Shown one piece after another: positions 60,480 to 64,000 of a stretch of DNA of 64,000 nt; position 1 is the first letter of the stretch; each line of letters opens with the position of its first letter. The notes beneath the pieces were generated by a model. It saw nothing but the letters and a program-made list of their open reading frames with translations. It did not search any database and had not been told where the DNA came from. The position numbers and the translations under genes are program-made. Source of the DNA: Alphaproteobacteria bacterium (GTDB lineage Bacteria; Pseudomonadota; Alphaproteobacteria; UBA6615); NCBI GenBank assembly GCA_965261975.1, contig CBDHEC010000051.1, positions 146,261 to 210,260 of the forward strand. The letters are read 5' to 3'.

Positions 60480-60941
60480 TTAGGAACCCTTCCGCGCCGG
60501 ATTGTCCCGATAAAGCATGAACCGCGCGAGCGGTCGCTTGATCAGATAAAGATAACCGCCGTGAAGAACGACGGCCCAGATGACCATGCTCGAAACACCC
60601 TCGTGCAGATCTTCGAACGCCTCGCCCCCGTCACCCAATGTCATCAGACCGGTCACGGTCGCCAGGATCACGGATACCGCGATTGCCAGTATCAGGCTCT
60701 TGCTGATCGCCGGATGGGTTATCGCATTGGTCCACTCGATGCCGTCGAACACCGGATAGAACTTGTTGAGACCCAGCTGGCGCGGATTGAAGACCGCCCA
60801 CCCCAGCCGCGCGATGATGATCACGCCGACGGCATAACCAAGCCAGTCATGGATGAACCCGAAATCTCCGGTGAAATAGGCCAGCAGCGTGATGACCGCG
60901 AGGACCGCGTGATACCAGCGGATTTTGTGCATCAAACTCAT
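60480..60941 (-). CDS. Cytochrome b/b6-type di-haem membrane protein
   Basis: RWYH, IHDWLGY, EDLHE and VVLH haem-ligand histidines on four TM segments. Confidence 0.8.
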   Translation of the reverse strand: MSLMHKIRWYHAVLAVITLLAYFTGDFGFIHDWLGYAVGVIIIARLGWAVFNPRQLGLNKFYPVFDGIEWTNAITHPAISKSLILAIAVSVILATVTGLMTLGDGGEAFEDLHEGVSSMVIWAVVLHGGYLYLIKRPLARFMLYRDNPARKGS

Positions 60942-60964
60942 GAAAAGTACTTTCGGAATGCCAA

Positions 60965-61747
60965 CTAGAACGTCTTCACATCGCCGGCGCCGCCGTAGGC
61001 CATCCAGCCGCCATCGACAAACAGGGTTTCACCGGTGATGAAGGACGCGAAATCCGACGCCAGGAAGGCAATCGCCTGCCCCACTTCCGCCGGCGTACCG
61101 AGCCGCCCCATGGGCGTGCGGTTGTTGATGCGGTCCGTATCGATCTTGTCCTCATCGACCAGGCCCTGGATCATCGACGTGGCGATGTAACCCGGCCCCA
61201 CCGCGTTGATCCGCACCCCGTGTGGGCCCCATTCGCAGGCCAGTTCCCGGGTCAGTGCGATGATTGCCGCCTTTGATGGTCCGTAGGCCGTGCGCCGCGG
61301 CCAGCCGCCGGGGCCGTTGACCGAGGCGATGTTGACGATCGCCCCGGCCCCGTTGGGTACCATCAGGCGCGCCGCCGCACGACAAATCTGATACGTGCCC
61401 CTGAAATTGACGTCCATGATCCGTTGCCAGGGTTCCATGTCGCGCTCGAGGGCATATTTCACCTCGTCCACGATACCGGCCGCATTTACGGCGATATCCA
61501 GTCCGCCAAGGGCCTCGGCCACCGCACCCACCGTGGATTCCGCCTGCCCCTCGTTCGATACGTCGCAGACGAAGGTCGGGCAATCACCGAGCTCCGCGCT
61601 GACGGTCCCGAGGCCTTCTTCGTCGATGTCCGTGATCGCGATGGAAGCGCCCAGATCCCGCAGAATACCGGCCGTCACCGCGCCGATGCCGCTCGCACCG
61701 CCCGTCACGAGGGCGCGCTTGCCCGCGAGTGAAACTCCATTTGTCAT
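60965..61747 (-). CDS. Short-chain dehydrogenase/reductase
   Basis: [19 protein letters not shown]; GGAT/AAGG-type RBS before ATG 61747. Confidence 0.92.
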   Translation of the reverse strand: MTNGVSLAGKRALVTGGASGIGAVTAGILRDLGASIAITDIDEEGLGTVSAELGDCPTFVCDVSNEGQAESTVGAVAEALGGLDIAVNAAGIVDEVKYALERDMEPWQRIMDVNFRGTYQICRAAARLMVPNGAGAIVNIASVNGPGGWPRRTAYGPSKAAIIALTRELACEWGPHGVRINAVGPGYIATSMIQGLVDEDKIDTDRINNRTPMGRLGTPAEVGQAIAFLASDFASFITGETLFVDGGWMAYGGAGDVKTF

Positions 61748-61868
61748 GTCGTGATCCGCCTTCCCCAGCCCCAATCGTTGACCGATTGGACCATTGGCGG
61801 CGGGATGCGGCAAGACCGGAAACCGGGATTGCGGCAAACTGTGCGTAATTCAGATGAACTGAGTGGCG

Positions 61869-62333
61869 TTAGCCGAACTGGATGTCGTCGGACCAGACCC
61901 GTTCGAAGCCCCGCAGAAGCGACCAGGCCGCACCGAGCGTCTCTTCCTCGGCATTGAGTGCGCCGGCATGGCGCGCCTCCATCTCGACGAGAGACGCGCA
62001 CAGCGACGTCCCCTTCTCCGTCGCGCGGATCCGCACCGAACGGCGGTCGCGCTCGGAGCGTTCCTGATCGAGATAACCGGTCTCGACCAGATGACGGACG
62101 TTGTAGGTGACGTTGGAGCCGATGTAGTAGCCACGATCCACCAGTTCGCGGATCGACACTTCCGAGGCCTGCACGTTCATCAACAGCAACGCCTGGACGG
62201 CATTGATATCGTCGATGCCGAGCTGGCTCAGCTCATAGCGGATGACATCCAGGTAGCGACGATGCAGCCGCTCGATCAAGCGGGTGATGTCGCCATAGGA
62301 GGCCGCGGTGGTATTTCCAGATGCGTCAGGCAT
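61869..62333 (-). CDS. MarR family regulator of the LdtR/ExpG clade
   Basis: ERLHRR.LDVI..EL...DINAVQALLL, RGYY.GSNV.YN, DRRSVRI. Confidence 0.85.
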   Translation of the reverse strand: MPDASGNTTAASYGDITRLIERLHRRYLDVIRYELSQLGIDDINAVQALLLMNVQASEVSIRELVDRGYYIGSNVTYNVRHLVETGYLDQERSERDRRSVRIRATEKGTSLCASLVEMEARHAGALNAEEETLGAAWSLLRGFERVWSDDIQFG

Positions 62334-62357
62334 ACCCGCATCATGCGCGCGGGCTTC

Positions 62358-62373
62358 TTAACGACGGGTGAAC
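62358..62373 (+). promoter_or_regulatory. CtrA-like site upstream of the MarR gene
   Basis: TTAA-cgacggg-TGAAC (1 mismatch to consensus). Confidence 0.4.
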
Positions 62374-62401
62374 AATAGATTGGACGCAAGATAATCGCGA
62401 T

Positions 62402-62590
62402 TTAGCCGGAAATCGTCGCCGCCTCGCCATCCTCACTGTAGGTCGTGGCGCCATCCCGGACCCAGTCGCCGGCACAGTGCTCGGCTGGAGCCGGCTGCGT
62501 GTCAGTCAGAATAGTTCCGGGATTGCCGTCGTCATACTCGCAGCGGGCGGCCGGTTTCTCGAACCATAGGGGCTGTGCGCGCTGGGTCAT
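62402..62590 (-). CDS. Small hypothetical ORF (62 aa) or gene remnant
   Basis: AGAGGA RBS 7 nt before the ATG; no recognisable motif. Confidence 0.3.
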   Translation of the reverse strand: MTQRAQPLWFEKPAARCEYDDGNPGTILTDTQPAPAEHCAGDWVRDGATTYSEDGEAATISG

Positions 62591-62617
62591 AGATTGGTCC
62601 TCTGGATTGGTAAGCCG

Positions 62618-63688
62618 AAACTGGCGGCCCATGACCTGATCGACATCCTGTATGGCGACGAAGAAACGGTGAACGACTTCTGGGTATCGCTTGTTCCCTA
62701 TGCCGCAACCGTCAATGTGGGCGCGGGCCGGACCGGCTGGCTCGCCTCATACGATCCCGCCGACTATCTGCCTCCAAGTTGGGAAGCCACGACGAACTAC
62801 AGCACCGACGATTTTGCGAGTTTCAACGCCCTGCCCTATCAGGCCCTGCAGGCAAGCGTCGGCTCCCAACCCGACATCAATCCCGCCGATTGGGCGCCGC
62901 TGACCGCGATCCAGTGAAAGGGTTGCGTCGAGGCCCGAGATGCGCCGTTCGATCAAAGCGACACCCTGCCGACGACCGAAGCCTTCCCGCACCAGTTCTG
63001 GCCCTCGACCGCCGGCGTCTACACGCCGCAGACGGGCGACAATGACTGGGATTGGGCCAATATCAACGAGGCCAACGGCGCGCAGAACAACGGCCTCGGC
63101 CCCAATCTCGGTTGCGGCCCCTCGATCACGCCGCTGGTCGCCGCCAAGACCACCGTCCATGCCTCCATTGACGAGATGCAGCCCTGGCATCGCGGCGGTA
63201 CGATGGCCAATCTCGGCCTGGCGTGGGGCTGGCGGGTTCTTTCCCCGACCTGGCAAGGCCTGTGGGGCGGTGCAACACCGGCCGAGTTGCCGCTCGATTA
63301 CGACACACCGTTGATGGACAAGGTCGCCATCATGCTCACGGACGGCGTGAACCAATGGTACGACTGGCCGACCGGCCTGCCGAACAATCCCGACGCCGAT
63401 TACACGGCCTATGGGCGCGTCAGCGAAGGGCGGCTCGGCACGGTGAACGGCGGCGCTGCGACGACGGAGATCAACAACCGGATGCTCGCCATCTGCAATG
63501 CCATGAAAACCGAGGGAATCATCATCTTCGCGATCACGTTCCGCTTGAACAACAACGCGACCCAGGATCTGTATCGGAATCGCGCCACTTCGCCGGCGCA
63601 TTACTTCGACTCGCCATCCAACGATGAGTTGCAGGACGTATTTCACGAAATCGGCAACGAGCTAACGAATCTGCGGCTCGCCCAGTAG
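62618..63688 (+). pseudogene. TadG-like vWA pilus adhesin remnant: N-terminus missing, in-frame TGA at 62915-62917
   Basis: AAHDLIDIL..VSLVPYAATVNVG, (W>stop)KGCVEAR, GPNLGC, GT..NLGLAWGWRVLSP, MLTDGVN, ICNAMK.EG, LRLAQ all in one frame. Confidence 0.85.
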
Positions 63689-63752
63689 GTCCCCATTCCA
63701 CCGACTCTCCGCACCCTCTAGGCTCCGCTCCCTGTTTGACCGGAGACCAGCA

Positions 63753-64000
63753 ATGACGACGCGGAACATCGATCGGCTCAACGAGATCATGGCGCAACTT
63801 CGCCATCCGACGGACGGGTGCCCCTGGGACGTGGCCCAGGACTTCAAGTCGATCGCACGCTATACGATCGAGGAGGCCTACGAAGTCGCCGACGCCATTG
63901 AACGCGACGACCGCGAGGGCCTGCGCGAGGAACTCGGCGACCTTCTCCTCCAGGTCGTGTTCCACGCGCGCATGGCCGAGGAAGAAGAATCCTTCGACTT
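63753..64000 (+). CDS. mazG: Nucleoside triphosphate pyrophosphohydrolase MazG (partial, runs off the window)
   Basis: [39 protein letters not shown]; GGAG RBS. Confidence 0.95.
   Translation, partial: MTTRNIDRLNEIMAQLRHPTDGCPWDVAQDFKSIARYTIEEAYEVADAIERDDREGLREELGDLLLQVVFHARMAEEEESFD

Noticed and set aside
19251-62917. Stop-codon reassignment or selenocysteine/pyrrolysine to explain the in-frame TAG and TGA
   Set aside because: TAG and TGA terminate many core genes here (e.g. mfd TAG, gyrA TGA); the TGA replaces a Trp, not a Cys; tRNA-Ser(UGA) is an ordinary UCA/UCG reader, not a suppressor

Overview
GC-rich alphaproteobacterial chromosome (Rhodospirillales-like by gene order; the taxonomy is inferred) that very probably spans the replication terminus. 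A near-canonical XerC/XerD dif site lies at 60438-60465, and GGGNAGGG (KOPS) octamers point towards it from both sides. The core backbone is gyrA-coaD-ppi-tRNA-Lys, rhlE, DUF502-recG/sdhE-mfd, recQ, mltB-rlpA-dacA-tmk-holB-metG-tatD-phnP and a partial mazG, with four tRNA genes (Lys-UUU, tandem Leu-GAG and Leu-CAG, Ser-UGA). Accessory content includes a two-ABC type I secretion system with a divergent substrate made almost entirely of a 28-repeat Arg-laddered RTX beta-roll (split by one in-frame TAG), an ArsR-less arsC-aquaporin pair behind a Pho-box-like triple repeat, a PhnD-type binding protein coupled to a HAMP protein with a His-less kinase dimerisation domain and no ATPase domain, a cluster of catabolic enzymes, and a decayed TadG-like vWA adhesin carrying a CBM5/12-like insert. 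Five short indels in otherwise intact genes (recG twice, the first T1SS ABC gene, cfa, a CmcJ-like gene) look like sequencing or assembly errors, so pseudogene calls need caution. No integrase, transposase, CRISPR array or rRNA was seen. All calls are by eye; no searches were run.
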